DNA of 64,000 bases. Origin: Kiritimatiellia bacterium (GTDB lineage: Bacteria; Verrucomicrobiota; Kiritimatiellia; RFP12; UBA1067). The stretch is from positions 2,585 through 66,584 of the forward strand of contig JBJEWF010000080.1 of NCBI GenBank assembly GCA_051884915.1. Direction: 5' to 3'. The position numbers and the translations under genes are program-made. Below, in pieces: positions 1-10,002 of this stretch; position 1 is the first letter of the stretch; each line of letters starts with the position of its first letter. Below the pieces are notes generated by a model, which saw only the letters and a program-made list of their open reading frames with translations, was not told the origin of the DNA and did no database searches.

Positions 1-1077
1 CGTGATCTTGTGCGGATCGCCCGGAACCGTGCGGGCGCTGTAGAAGAACGTCGGCACGAACGAATTGGACCCCCACACGGCCAGCTGCCCGATGCCGTCG
101 GGATTCATCGTCATCAGCACGCGCGACCAGTAGTGCGGCTGGTCGGAATATTCCCAGCGCGTGTAGAGGATGCGGCCGTCGTGCGTGACCGTCGGCGTGT
201 AGTCGGAATCCTGCTCGTAGGTGAGCTGGCGGACTTCGCCCGTCTTGCGGTCGATGCGGTAGGCGACCGCCATCGGCATGTTTCCGTCTTCGCACGGCAG
301 GAACTGGTATGCCGCCGTCCCCAGCAGCACCACCTGGTCCCGGTTCGGCAGATAGCAGGCGTCCCACCACTGGATGTCGTACTTGCCGTCTTCGGGGGAG
401 ACGAGCGTCGGCTGCTGGTAGGGCGTGTCCTTCGACAGCTTCGAGAAGTCGGCCGAAATCTCGTACACGCCGAAAAGGTTGTTCGTCCCCTTGTAGCCCG
501 TGAAGAGAATGCGGGAGGCGTCGAAATCGAGGTCGATGTCGCGGACGATCGACGTCTTGTCCGCCGGCTTGTAGAGCGGCGTGAACTTCGGCGTGCCGCG
601 CAGATTGCTCAGGACGCCGATTTCGTTCTCGAACCCCGTCCGCGGCGCCACCATGTGGTTTTCGGCGTTCAGACCGGTCATGCCGCTGCCGCGACCGCCG
701 AAGGCGTGCCGCGCGTAGCCGCCGTTGATCTTGCGGTGGACGCAGAGGATCCGGTCGAAGTCGAGAACCGGGTTCGCCAGCATGGCCGCGCGGTAGCCCT
801 CGACCAGCTTCACGGCCTCGGCCTTCTCCGCGTCCGTGCCCTTCGCGAGCGCGGTCTGCGCGAAGTCCAGCTTCGCGATCAGCGCCTCGACGGCGGCGTT
901 GTGCGCCGCGTAGTCGTAGCCCTTGCTGTTCTTCAGGTCGGCCAGCGCCCGCCGCGCGGCCTCGGGCTTGAACAACGCCAGCTGCTCACGCGCGGCGCGG
1001 ACGGCGGTTTCTTCGGGAGTCGCGGCGGCAAGGATCGCCGGCAGCGCGCACGCAAAAGCGGCCAAACGGATTCTCAT
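1..1077 (-). CDS. Secreted beta-propeller-like protein (HzsA-related / TolB-like); N-terminal 359 codons only, 3' end lies left of the window
   Basis: Absent from the supplied track because no stop falls inside the window. ATG at 1077-1075 is preceded by GAAAGGAAGAGAG. The minus-strand frame stays open to base 1. My translation starts MRIRLAAFACALPAILAAA (signal peptide) and includes DGRILYTRWEYSDQPHYWSRVLMTMNPDG. Confidence 0.7.
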   Translation of the reverse strand, partial: MRIRLAAFACALPAILAAATPEETAVRAAREQLALFKPEAARRALADLKNSKGYDYAAHNAAVEALIAKLDFAQTALAKGTDAEKAEAVKLVEGYRAAMLANPVLDFDRILCVHRKINGGYARHAFGGRGSGMTGLNAENHMVAPRTGFENEIGVLSNLRGTPKFTPLYKPADKTSIVRDIDLDFDASRILFTGYKGTNNLFGVYEISADFSKLSKDTPYQQPTLVSPEDGKYDIQWWDACYLPNRDQVVLLGTAAYQFLPCEDGNMPMAVAYRIDRKTGEVRQLTYEQDSDYTPTVTHDGRILYTRWEYSDQPHYWSRVLMTMNPDGIGQLAVWGSNSFVPTFFYSARTVPGDPHKIT

Positions 1078-1105
1078 GGTCTCTCTTCCTTTCAGTGGTG
1101 CGCCA

Positions 1106-1111
1106 TTCTAG
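1106..1111 (-). promoter_or_regulatory. Candidate -10 box TAGAAT for the beta-propeller gene
   Basis: Minus strand reads GCGCTAGAATGGCGC about 28 nt upstream of ATG 1077, followed by a GAAAGGAAGAG ribosome-binding site. No clear -35. Confidence 0.35.
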
Positions 1112-1161
1112 CGCATTTCCGCCGTTCCGTCCACCAGTTTCGGCGGCGGGCGGCCCGGGGT

Positions 1162-3168
1162 TCAGCGGCCGAACGTCAGATTCGTGTACTTGCGGGAAAC
1201 CGGGTGGACGACCGGCCAGGACGCCCGTTCCGGCGAACGGTAGACGCCGATCGCGGCGAGCGGCGGCAGGGCCTTGAGGCCGTCTGGCAGGGCGCCCGCG
1301 CCGACCACGTTCCCGCCCACGTCCCAGGTCGCGGGGGAATAGGCGTACTTCGCCCCCATGAACGCGATGAGATTCGTCGTGCCGCCGACGGCGGCGTTCC
1401 CGCGGATGACGGTCCGCGTCGCCGGGTCGCGCGGCCGCCCCGTCCGGATCGCGTCGTCGATCATGCCGAGATAGGGGTATTTCGTCTTCCACGGCTCCTC
1501 GTGGACGGGTAGCCGGGCCAGCAGTTCGAGCAGCTGGGCGTGCGTGTAGCGGGGATTGGCGTAGTCTTCGGCGTGCTCCCACTTCTGCCAGGCGCTGATG
1601 GGCGGGAAGTTCGAGATGAACAGATTGTGCTCCACGCGGTTGCCGATGGCGGAGAGCGAGACGCCCTCCGCGACGCGCTCGAAGCGGTTGAGGGCGATGG
1701 TCGCGCCGGCGCTGCCGTCGTCCAGCATGATGGCGCGGTTGCGCTGGCTGCGCGGATTGTAGATGTCGTGGAACCAGTTGCCGACGATCGCGTTGCCGCA
1801 GAGCGTCCAGTCGCGGCCGTTGTAGACCGCGCCCATCTCGCCGCTTTCGATGCAGACGCTGTGGATCTCGTTGGACGAAATCGTGTGCTCGCGCCCGCTG
1901 AAGACGAGCGCCGTGTGCGGGCCGTCGTGGATCGTGCACCGCGTCACCGTGACGCCGCATCCGCCAAAGCCGACCGCGCCGCAGTAGGTGAACTCGTCGA
2001 CCGAATAGTGGTGGATGTGGCAGTTGTCGACGACGACGTCCGCATGCCGCAGCGCGTCCGGGTCCCCGCCCCGGACGGAAATGCCGCCCGCGCCGCAGAA
2101 GAAGATGTCGCAGCCCGCGATGCGGCTCTTCACCGTCCGGCTGAAGTCGACGCCCTTCATGCCGACGTTGCGCACCGTGCAGCCGATCAGGTTCACCCCT
2201 TCGCAATCGACGGCCCGCACCGCCGTGCCCCGGCAGTTCTCGAAGACGAAGCCCTCGAACGAGACGTTCTTCGCCCGGACGAGCGCGAACAGGTCCGCCG
2301 TCATCGTCAGGGCGGACGCGTCCCCGCCGCCGTTCCCCGTCGGCGGCCAGAAATAGAGCCGCCCCGCCGTGTGATCGATGTAGTATTCGCCCGGCGCGTC
2401 CAGTTCGCAGAGAAGGTTGATGCCGCGCCAGAAGCCGTTCTTCGAGTAGCCGTAGCCGGAGCCGCGCCCCTTCTGCGTGATCGTCTTCGTCGCCGGGACG
2501 ATCGCGGCGAACGCCACGCGGGCCGCCGCCCAGTTGTGGCAGAAGAACCCGTTGCCGTACGGTTCGGACTCGTCCGCCCAGGCGGAGACGCGGTCGTCCG
2601 CGTAGACGAACGCGACCGCCCTCTTCGGCCTGCCGTTCGCGTCCGTCCCCGCGGGAACGGGCGCCGCGATGCCGGTGAAGCCGTCGTTCGGCCATTCGGC
2701 CAGCGTCTGGAACCGCCCGCCCCACACCAGCGCCATGCCCGCGACCCGCAGGCCGGAGTCCCTGACGCGGCCGTAGTCGGAGATGCCCGCGGCCTTCAGG
2801 TCGGCGACCCGGACGTGGCCGCGGGCCTCCGCGGGGATGCGGCCCCACGCGGGATCGTCCGCCGCGAGCGGAACCAATCCGGGAACCGGCACGCCGCCCG
2901 TGATCCGCACGCCGCCCCTCGTCTGGGCCCGCCACCGCACGGGACGCGCCGCCGTTCCCGAATCGTCCGCGCCGAACGAAACCGTCTTCGGCAGAAAATA
3001 CGCGCCGTCCGCGAGCGTGACGACGAGCGCGCCCGCCGGCGTCTGCGGGTCGGCCAGCGCCCGCCGTGCGGCCGCCTGCGCCTTCTCGACCGAATCGAAA
3101 ACCCCAAGATCCAGCCCCCAGACGGAACCGGAGAGTGCCGCCAAAGCCAGCAGTGCGCGCGTTCGCAT
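1162..3168 (-). CDS. Secreted right-handed parallel beta-helix repeat protein (pectate-lyase fold, probably polysaccharide-active)
   Basis: 668-aa ORF with ATG at 3168. Signal peptide MRTRALLALAALSGSVWG. Repeated beta-helix turns: CTVRNVGMKGVDF, CDIFFCGAGGISV, NCHIHHYS, CTIHDGPHTALVF, GNAIVGNWFHD. Confidence 0.8.
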   Translation of the reverse strand: MRTRALLALAALSGSVWGLDLGVFDSVEKAQAAARRALADPQTPAGALVVTLADGAYFLPKTVSFGADDSGTAARPVRWRAQTRGGVRITGGVPVPGLVPLAADDPAWGRIPAEARGHVRVADLKAAGISDYGRVRDSGLRVAGMALVWGGRFQTLAEWPNDGFTGIAAPVPAGTDANGRPKRAVAFVYADDRVSAWADESEPYGNGFFCHNWAAARVAFAAIVPATKTITQKGRGSGYGYSKNGFWRGINLLCELDAPGEYYIDHTAGRLYFWPPTGNGGGDASALTMTADLFALVRAKNVSFEGFVFENCRGTAVRAVDCEGVNLIGCTVRNVGMKGVDFSRTVKSRIAGCDIFFCGAGGISVRGGDPDALRHADVVVDNCHIHHYSVDEFTYCGAVGFGGCGVTVTRCTIHDGPHTALVFSGREHTISSNEIHSVCIESGEMGAVYNGRDWTLCGNAIVGNWFHDIYNPRSQRNRAIMLDDGSAGATIALNRFERVAEGVSLSAIGNRVEHNLFISNFPPISAWQKWEHAEDYANPRYTHAQLLELLARLPVHEEPWKTKYPYLGMIDDAIRTGRPRDPATRTVIRGNAAVGGTTNLIAFMGAKYAYSPATWDVGGNVVGAGALPDGLKALPPLAAIGVYRSPERASWPVVHPVSRKYTNLTFGR

Positions 3169-3203
3169 CGTCTTCGCCTTTCCCGCGTTCCGTCGCGCCC
3201 GCG

Positions 3204-5390
3204 TCAGCGGCGGACGCCCCAGGACTTGTCGGGGCGCGCGCCCATCTTCACGACGACGCGGCCGCCCGCGGCGATGTCGGCGTGGGAGATGGCGGTGCCG
3301 TCGCGGACGGCGCCGTTCACGGTGACGGCGTGGATGTACTTCGCGTCCGCCGAGGCCTCCGGGGCCTCGATGACAAAGCGGCGGCCGTTTTCAAGCGCGA
3401 TGGACACCTTCCTGAACACCGGGCTTCCCCACTGGTATTCCGGCAGGCCGGGCGTGACGGGGTAGAAGCCCATCATCGAGAAGACGGCGTAGGCGCTCAT
3501 GCCGCCGCCATCCTCGTCGCCGCACATGCCCATCTTGTCGTTGCGGAACCAGCAGTCGAGCGTGCGGCGCACGAAACGCTGCGTCTTCCACGGCTCGCCC
3601 GCGATGTTGTAGAGGTAGGGGACGTGGAAGCTCGGCTCGTTCGCCATCGTGAAGCAGCCCATCAGCCCCGTGCACCCGTCCGGCATCTGCGCCGCGAACG
3701 TGAAACGCCGGCCGACGGACGTGGTGAGCATCCGGTCGAGTTTGGCGGCCATCCCGGCCGCGCCGCCGAAGAGCTTCACCAGTCCGGGCAGATCGTGCTG
3801 CACGTCCCAGATGTAGGTCCAGGCGTTGTTCTCCGTGTAGTAGTTCCGCGCGCCGTAGCCGCCGCAGATCATGTAGTCGAACGGCTCGATGAACGCGCCG
3901 TCGTGGTCCTTCGGGTGGAAGAAGCCCGTCTTCGGATTCCAGAGCGTGGCGTAGCCCTTCGCCCGCGCGTCGTACTTCGCGAGCCGCGCGGCGTCGATGC
4001 CCAGCTCCCGCCCGAACTCGGCGATCGCCCAGGCGTCGAGCGCGGCGCCCTGGGGCACGGAGACGCACTGGCGGCGTTCCCAGCCCGTGTCGACCTCCGG
4101 CACCCATTCCTGCTGGTCCGGACGCAGTCCCGGATAGTAGCCGTGCCGCTTGTAGAAGCGGTCCAGTTCGGTCAGCGGTCCGCGATACCAGGGGATCAGC
4201 GACTCCGTCTCCTCCGTGTGGTCCGTCAGCTCGAAGGCCCTGCGGGCGTCGAAGTTCCGGATGCCCTTGCGCCACGCGTCGAGGAACATCGCCGAGGTGT
4301 GGCGGTTGACCATGCTGTGGCGGTCGCCCGCGATGCCCGGAAAGACGGGCATCCACTTCTCGGGGTTCTGCTCGGCCATCCGCACGTAGCTCTGGAGCTT
4401 CTCGCCCTGGGCCTTCGGATGGAGAATCGTCATCAGCGGATGCGCCGCGCGCCAGGTGTCCCAGGTCCAGTCGTCGACGTAGTAGGTGACGCCGTCCGCG
4501 TCGTGCGCGGCGCCGTCGAAGCCGAGGTAGCGGCCCTCTTCGGTCACGTCCACCATCCGTTCGTGGCAGCGCCAGAGCGCGGTGTAGAAGACGCTCTTCT
4601 CGTCGTCCGTGCCGCCCTCGACCCGGACCTGCCCGAGCACGGCGTTCCACCGCGCCCGCGCGCCCGCCGCCAGCGCCGCGAGATCGAAGTCCCGCACCTC
4701 GGCGGCGAGATTCCGCGCCGCCTGCCCGTGGGAGAGATAGGAGACGGCGAAGCGCATCCGCACGGTCTCGGCCGTCTCGCCGAAGAAGAGGGCGATTTTT
4801 CCGTCCCGGGTCCTGACGGCGGACGGCGCGACGTCGAATTCGGCGCGGAGATAGACGCGGGCCTTGCAGCCGCGCGAGCTGTGGAAGACGTCCTCGCCTT
4901 CGAGGGCGCCGTTTTTCATCGCGTAGCGCCCGTCCCCGTCCCGGAGGCCGAAGACGAGCGCGTGGCGCCCCGCCCGCTCGAAGTCGAAGCGCGCGATGGC
5001 CGCCTTTTCGCCCGGGGCGATCTCGAAGCGCACGCCGGGCTCCTCAAGCCACACGTCGTAGCGATGGGGGCTGGCGTGGGACTGGTCCCACAGCGACGTC
5101 CAGCCGCCGAACGCGTCGTCGGGATTGCCCGTCCGGGGGCGGACCGAGAAGACCGCCCGGTCCCGATGGCCGGGATTCTGCAGCCAGAGCGGTCCCACGC
5201 GGTCCTCGGTGACCTGGCCCGCCGGCGCGTTGAAGCGGTACATCGCGTTCGGGCGCTGCACGGTCCGAAACGTGGGCACGAGCATGTGGCTCACGCTCCC
5301 GATGTAGCAGTTGACCCAGTCGACCGGCTCTTTCGCCGCCCCGCCGGCGGCCAGCGCCGCCGCCATGCCACAGGCAATCAGTCTTTTCAT
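3204..5390 (-). CDS. GH92 family alpha-mannosidase, secreted
   Basis: Track ORF 3204..5675 trimmed to ATG 5390 (MKRLIACGMAAALAAGG signal peptide); the upstream 95 codons are Arg/Pro-rich filler. GH92-type blocks MANEPSFHVPYLYN and GDEDGGGMSAYAVF. Confidence 0.88.
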   Translation of the reverse strand: MKRLIACGMAAALAAGGAAKEPVDWVNCYIGSVSHMLVPTFRTVQRPNAMYRFNAPAGQVTEDRVGPLWLQNPGHRDRAVFSVRPRTGNPDDAFGGWTSLWDQSHASPHRYDVWLEEPGVRFEIAPGEKAAIARFDFERAGRHALVFGLRDGDGRYAMKNGALEGEDVFHSSRGCKARVYLRAEFDVAPSAVRTRDGKIALFFGETAETVRMRFAVSYLSHGQAARNLAAEVRDFDLAALAAGARARWNAVLGQVRVEGGTDDEKSVFYTALWRCHERMVDVTEEGRYLGFDGAAHDADGVTYYVDDWTWDTWRAAHPLMTILHPKAQGEKLQSYVRMAEQNPEKWMPVFPGIAGDRHSMVNRHTSAMFLDAWRKGIRNFDARRAFELTDHTEETESLIPWYRGPLTELDRFYKRHGYYPGLRPDQQEWVPEVDTGWERRQCVSVPQGAALDAWAIAEFGRELGIDAARLAKYDARAKGYATLWNPKTGFFHPKDHDGAFIEPFDYMICGGYGARNYYTENNAWTYIWDVQHDLPGLVKLFGGAAGMAAKLDRMLTTSVGRRFTFAAQMPDGCTGLMGCFTMANEPSFHVPYLYNIAGEPWKTQRFVRRTLDCWFRNDKMGMCGDEDGGGMSAYAVFSMMGFYPVTPGLPEYQWGSPVFRKVSIALENGRRFVIEAPEASADAKYIHAVTVNGAVRDGTAISHADIAAGGRVVVKMGARPDKSWGVRR

Positions 5391-5403
5391 GTCGTTTTCC
5401 CTT

Positions 5404-7821
5404 TCAGCGCAGTTTCCATTCCAGCACGCCGCCCGAGAACGTCGGGCGGAGCGTGACGGCCAGCCGCACGAACTTCGCCCGGACGGGCGCGAAGGAGACG
5501 CTGTCGTAGGCGTCCTTCGCGGCCGGGAGATCCGCGGTGACGTCCCGCCAGGGCGCGGCGTCGGACGCCTTCGCCTGCACCTTCCAGCGTGCCGGCAGCC
5601 GGCACTCCCCCGCGCCCGTGTCGTCGAACCAGTAGACGTCGACGCCGCGGACGTCCTCCGCTTCGGGCAGTTCATACGCGACCCACTCCTCCGTGCCCCG
5701 ATGCGGCCAGAACGTCATGCGGGGGATCTTCCTGTCGGCCAACTCGCGCGGCTCGACGCCGTCGCACATCGCGCGCACGGCGTCGCCCGCGTGGCAATGG
5801 CTCGCCGTCGCCACGAAGCGCGCGTCGGCCCCGACCGACGCGACGGAGGTCGGGAAGAAGGTCTGGAGCTCCCCGGCGCCGCGGTGGCACCAGGCGAAGT
5901 AGGGAATCAACTTCAGCGTGCAGGGGACGGTCGCAACGGCCCGAATGCCGCAGACCGCCGTCCGGGCCGGCACGGTGAACGCGGGATAGACGTTCCCCAG
6001 CACGTCCACCGTCGTCCGCGCAAACGGGGCGTCGGCGGACACGATCTTGTCGCGCACGCGGCCGGCGTTGTCCGCGCCCTCGGCGCAGTAGAGGACCGGG
6101 CCGCATTCCACCGCCAGACGCCCCCGGTCCGCCGCCACGGCCGCGTGCGCCCGGATGCGGCGCACCGGCATGTTCATCGTCACGTCGACGGTATCGCCGG
6201 GCCGCCAGACGCGGTCGATCACGCAGTACCCCTTCGCGGGCCGGACGGCAACGGATTCGCCGTTCACCCTGAGCGCGAAATCCTCCAGCCGGCCCGGCTC
6301 GGTCTGCGCGTAGAGGTCGCTGGGGACGGGACGTCCCACGCACCAGCCGGGAATGCGCACGTGGAGGGCGAAACGCCGGGCGCCGCCCGAAGGCGCCACC
6401 GCCAGACGGACCGCGCCCGCCCAGGGGTAGTCCGTCGTCTGGACGATCTCCACGTCGCCGCCCGCGAGGTTCAGGCGCGCCGCCGTGGCCACGAACAGGT
6501 TGACGTACGCCGCGTCGCCGCGCGTCGCGTACGCGAACTGCGCGATCTGCGGGATGAACCGCACGACGTTCACGGGGCAGCACGAGCAGCCGAACCAGCG
6601 CGAACGCCCGTAGCCCCCCTTCGACGCCTGCGGATTCGGGTAGAAGAATTCGTCGCCGCCCAGCGAGACGCCGCTCAGGAAGCCGTTGTAGAGCACGCGC
6701 TCCAGCACGTCCACGTACTTCGCGTCGCCCTGCAGGAGGAACATCCGCTGGTTCCAGAGGGCGTTCGCGATGGCGGCGCAGGTTTCGAGGTAGGCGCCGT
6801 CGTTCGGCAGTTCGTAGTTGGCGCCGAACGCCTCGCCCTGCGGCCGCGCGCCGATGCCGCCGTTGAGATGCAGCTTCTTCCCCACGACGTTTTCCCAGAT
6901 GGCCGAAATGGCCGCCGCGTAGGCGCCGTCGCCCGTCAGGGCGGCGACGTCGGCCATGCCGCAGTAGAGATAGCCCGCGCGCACGGCGTGCCCCACGGCC
7001 TCGCGCTGCCGGACGACGGGCAGATGGTTCTGGGAATAGGCGCCCGCCATCGCCATCTCGTTCCCCGCGTCGCGCGCGCCGGCCCCGGCGCCCCGCCGGT
7101 CGAGGAAGTGCCTGGCGAGCTTCAGGTAGCGCGCCTCGCCCGTGACCCGGTAGAGCTTGCAGAGGGCGAGTTCGATCTCCTCGTGCCCGGGGACGGACGC
7201 GAGCTGCGTCGGGCCGGGTCCGAACACGCGATCGACGAGGTCGGCGCTGCGGACGGCCACGTCGAGCAGCGTCCGCTTGCCCGTGGCCTGGTAGTGGGCG
7301 ACGGCGGCCTCGTACATGTGGCCGACGTTGTAGAGCTCGTGGCTGGACGAACAGCGGCTCCAGCGGGTGGGGCCCATCATGCCGAAGTCCGTCCTGCCGT
7401 CCTTCCTGCCGGCGGTGAAGCCCAGCGTGCGGGCGGTGTAGAGGTAGCCGTCCGGCTCCTGCGCCCGCGCGATGTGGGCGATGAGGTCGTCCAGATACGC
7501 CTCCAGCTTCGGGTCCGGATGCGTGGAGAGCGTGTAGGCCGCGCCCTCGATGATCTTGAAGACGTCCGAATCGTCGAACGGAATGCCCTTGAACGCGCCC
7601 CAGTCGCGCGCGCCGGCCGCGATGAAATTGGCGATGCGCCCCGTCTCCTCGCTCCGGCGGAAATCGGTCCACACCGTAACGAGGCGGTTCGTCTCGAAGC
7701 GCGGCAGCCAGAAGCCGGCCGTCACCACGACGTTCGTCATCTCCGCCGGACGGAACGGGTAGTCGCCCGCCCAGCAGACGCCCGCCAGCAGCGCCAGCCC
7801 CAATGCCCTCTTGCCCTTCAT
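5404..7821 (-). CDS. GH127 (DUF1680) beta-L-arabinofuranosidase-like enzyme with C-terminal discoidin/F5-8 type C-like domain
   Basis: Track ORF 5404..8532 trimmed to ATG 7821 (MKGKRALGLALLAGVCWA), preceded by GGAGGCGAGAG. Blocks HELYNVGHMYEAAVAHY and FGCSCCPVNVVRF (GH127 Cys/Zn motif). Confidence 0.88.
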   Translation of the reverse strand: MKGKRALGLALLAGVCWAGDYPFRPAEMTNVVVTAGFWLPRFETNRLVTVWTDFRRSEETGRIANFIAAGARDWGAFKGIPFDDSDVFKIIEGAAYTLSTHPDPKLEAYLDDLIAHIARAQEPDGYLYTARTLGFTAGRKDGRTDFGMMGPTRWSRCSSSHELYNVGHMYEAAVAHYQATGKRTLLDVAVRSADLVDRVFGPGPTQLASVPGHEEIELALCKLYRVTGEARYLKLARHFLDRRGAGAGARDAGNEMAMAGAYSQNHLPVVRQREAVGHAVRAGYLYCGMADVAALTGDGAYAAAISAIWENVVGKKLHLNGGIGARPQGEAFGANYELPNDGAYLETCAAIANALWNQRMFLLQGDAKYVDVLERVLYNGFLSGVSLGGDEFFYPNPQASKGGYGRSRWFGCSCCPVNVVRFIPQIAQFAYATRGDAAYVNLFVATAARLNLAGGDVEIVQTTDYPWAGAVRLAVAPSGGARRFALHVRIPGWCVGRPVPSDLYAQTEPGRLEDFALRVNGESVAVRPAKGYCVIDRVWRPGDTVDVTMNMPVRRIRAHAAVAADRGRLAVECGPVLYCAEGADNAGRVRDKIVSADAPFARTTVDVLGNVYPAFTVPARTAVCGIRAVATVPCTLKLIPYFAWCHRGAGELQTFFPTSVASVGADARFVATASHCHAGDAVRAMCDGVEPRELADRKIPRMTFWPHRGTEEWVAYELPEAEDVRGVDVYWFDDTGAGECRLPARWKVQAKASDAAPWRDVTADLPAAKDAYDSVSFAPVRAKFVRLAVTLRPTFSGGVLEWKLR

Positions 7822-7884
7822 CTCTCGCCTCCGCCTTTCCTTTTGAAACGGGGCCCGGCGCTCGTCGCCGGCCCGCCGACGGCC

Positions 7885-7893
7885 AGTATAGCA
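7885..7893 (-). promoter_or_regulatory. Extended -10 promoter element TGcTATACT for the GH127-GH92-beta-helix operon
   Basis: Minus strand reads GGATATGCTATACTGGCCGTC about 63 nt upstream of ATG 7821. The three downstream genes are separated by only 13 and 35 nt. Confidence 0.45.
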
Positions 7894-7937
7894 TATCCCC
7901 GGACGAAACGGGCGGCGGCGGACCCGGCTCCGCCGCG

Positions 7938-8867
7938 TCACCGGCGGGAGAGCGAATAGAGCACGATGCCCGCCGTCATCAGGAACGCGGCGAACGCGCG
8001 GCGCAGCCACAGCGCGCGCGACACGGGCTCTTCCACGCGGTCCTTCAGGAACCGGCAGGCCAGGAATCCGACCAGCACGGCAATCAGCGCCCGCGTGCTC
8101 TGGACCACGTTGCCGAACACCGGACCCAGTTCGCCGTAGCAGAAATAGACGCTCGTCATGGCCGCAAACCAGAAGACGGCGAACGGCGAGGCGTCCCTGA
8201 ACCGGCGGAGCGTGAGGGCCGCGCCGTCGCCGCGGAGCATGCGCCAGCCGGCGAACGCCGCCGACGCGACGCCGAACGTCATGTACCCCAGCGCCAGCGT
8301 CAGCAGCGAACTCCGGAACGGCGTCGCCCCGTGCTGCCGGAAAAGGCCGATGATGACGACCTGCTGGCGGTCGCAGAAACTGGCCAGCACGATGAACGCC
8401 GCCAGCCAGAAACCGCCCCGCCAGCCCGGATTCATGCCGCCGGAAAAATTCAGCGCGAACACGGCGGCGAGCATCAGCGCGATGGCGAACCACTGGCCCC
8501 CGCCCACGGTTTCGCCGTTCAGCGGCCAGCAAAGGGCCAGCAGCGCCAGCACAACGATCTTCAGGCCGAGCCAGGTGGCGATCTTGCTCGGCTCGACGTG
8601 CTCCTGGGACTGGAACATCGAGAGCTGGGTGATCGAGAAGACGGCCAGCCAGCAGGCGTTCGCCCGCCAGATCTCGGGCGCCGCCAGCGCCGAGGCGGGA
8701 ACGAGGAGAAAGTAGAGCGGCAGCGCGAACAGCGCCTGGACGCCCTGGGAATAGAACAGCATGTCACGCGGATTGGCGTGACGCTTCAGGAACAGCGCGC
8801 TCGCCACATACGAGCAGCTTTGGAGGACGGCGGACGCCAGCCCCGCGAGAATGCCGAGCGTCGACAT
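7938..8867 (-). CDS. EamA/DMT-superfamily membrane transporter
   Basis: 309 aa starting at ATG 8867 (the track start 8873 is a TTG). About ten hydrophobic helices throughout, a two-halves layout and a basic C-terminus. Confidence 0.75.
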   Translation of the reverse strand: MSTLGILAGLASAVLQSCSYVASALFLKRHANPRDMLFYSQGVQALFALPLYFLLVPASALAAPEIWRANACWLAVFSITQLSMFQSQEHVEPSKIATWLGLKIVVLALLALCWPLNGETVGGGQWFAIALMLAAVFALNFSGGMNPGWRGGFWLAAFIVLASFCDRQQVVIIGLFRQHGATPFRSSLLTLALGYMTFGVASAAFAGWRMLRGDGAALTLRRFRDASPFAVFWFAAMTSVYFCYGELGPVFGNVVQSTRALIAVLVGFLACRFLKDRVEEPVSRALWLRRAFAAFLMTAGIVLYSLSRR

Positions 8868-8871
8868 GGCC

Positions 8872-8910
8872 AAAAGCGGCCGGACGGGCTTGCCGTCCGG
8901 CCGCTTCCTT
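8872..8910 (-). terminator. GC-rich hairpin with a short T tract between the GGGtGRT gene and the DMT gene
   Basis: Arms GCGGCCGGACGG (8876-8887) and CCGTCCGGCCGC (8893-8904) form a 12-bp stem. On the minus strand it is followed by TTTTGG and then directly by the DMT ATG. Confidence 0.5.
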
Positions 8911-8927
8911 TCGGGAGAAGCCGCGGA

Positions 8928-9989
8928 CTACCGCTTCTTCATCGCGACTTCGACGGCCACGGCCACCGCGACGGTCGCGCCGACCATCGGGTTGTTGCCC
9001 ATGCCGATGAGACCCATCATCTCGACGTGCGCCGGCACCGAGGAGGAGCCCGCGAACTGCGCGTCGGAATGCATGCGGCCCATCGTGTCCGTCATGCCGT
9101 AGGAGGACGGACCCGCGGCCATGTTGTCCGGATGGAGCGTACGGCCCGTGCCGCCGCCGGAGGCGACGGAGAAGTATTTCTTGCCGTTCTCGACGCACCA
9201 CTTCTTGTAGGTGCCGGCAACCGGATGCTGGAAGCGCGTCGGGTTCGTCGAGTTGCCCGTGATGGACACGCCGACGTTTTCGAGCTTCATGATCTCGACG
9301 CCTTCCGGCACGTTGTCGGCGCCGTAGCAGTTGACGGCCGCGCGCGGCCCGTCGGAGAACGCCTTCTTCCGGACAACGCGGACCTTCTCGGTCTTGTTGT
9401 TGAAGGCGGTCTGCACGTAGGTGAAGCCGTTGATGCGGGAGATGATGTAGGCGGCGTCCTTGCCGAGGCCGTTCAGGATCACGCGGAGGTTCGTCTTGCG
9501 GACCTTGTTCGCGTTGAGCGCGATCTTGATGGCGCCTTCGGCGGCCGCGAACGACTCGTGGCCCGCGAGGAACGCGAAGCATTCCGTCGCGTCGTCGAGG
9601 AGCATCGCGCCGAGATTGCCGTGGCCGCGGCCGACCTGGCGGTTCTCCGCCACGGAGCCCGGGATGCAGAACGCCTGGAGGCCGACGCCGATTTCGGCGG
9701 CGGCGTCCTTCGCCTTCACGCAACCCTTCTTGATCGCCATCGCGGCGCCCACCGTATAGGCCCACTTCGCGTTCTCGAAGCAGATCGGCTGGGTTTCCTC
9801 GACGATCTTGTAGGGGTCGATGCCGGCCTTGTCGCAGATCTCCTTGCACTCGAGGATCGACTTGATGCCGTAGGGCTTGAGGGCGGCGAGAATCTTCGCC
9901 TCGCGGCGCTCGTAGCCCTCAAACAGTTTTTCGGCGGCGGCCTTCGCCGGAGCGGCGGCCTTCTTCGCGCACTTCTTCGCACTTCCCAT
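8928..9989 (-). CDS. GGGtGRT family protein (conserved, function unknown)
   Basis: 353 aa with ATG 9989 preceded by GGAGGAACAGAAA. Carries the family signature ASGGGTGRTLHPDN. Confidence 0.85.
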   Translation of the reverse strand: MGSAKKCAKKAAAPAKAAAEKLFEGYERREAKILAALKPYGIKSILECKEICDKAGIDPYKIVEETQPICFENAKWAYTVGAAMAIKKGCVKAKDAAAEIGVGLQAFCIPGSVAENRQVGRGHGNLGAMLLDDATECFAFLAGHESFAAAEGAIKIALNANKVRKTNLRVILNGLGKDAAYIISRINGFTYVQTAFNNKTEKVRVVRKKAFSDGPRAAVNCYGADNVPEGVEIMKLENVGVSITGNSTNPTRFQHPVAGTYKKWCVENGKKYFSVASGGGTGRTLHPDNMAAGPSSYGMTDTMGRMHSDAQFAGSSSVPAHVEMMGLIGMGNNPMVGATVAVAVAVEVAMKKR

Positions 9990-10002
9990 TTTCTGTTCCT
10001 CC

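Noticed and set aside
5311-7959. 882-aa plus-strand ORF opposite the GH127 gene, and similar ORFs at 3066-5456 and 1540-3465
   Set aside because: These are shadow ORFs typical of GC-rich DNA. The translations are Arg/Ala/Gly/Pro-rich with no motifs. The opposite strand encodes proteins with clear family signatures.
7822-8532. N-terminal extensions in the track ORFs (for example 5404-8532, 3204-5675, 55063-59406, 45082-47634)
   Set aside because: The extensions read through upstream genes or intergenic DNA and are Arg/Pro-rich. Internal ATGs with signal peptides, ribosome-binding sites or stop/start overlaps give sensible proteins.
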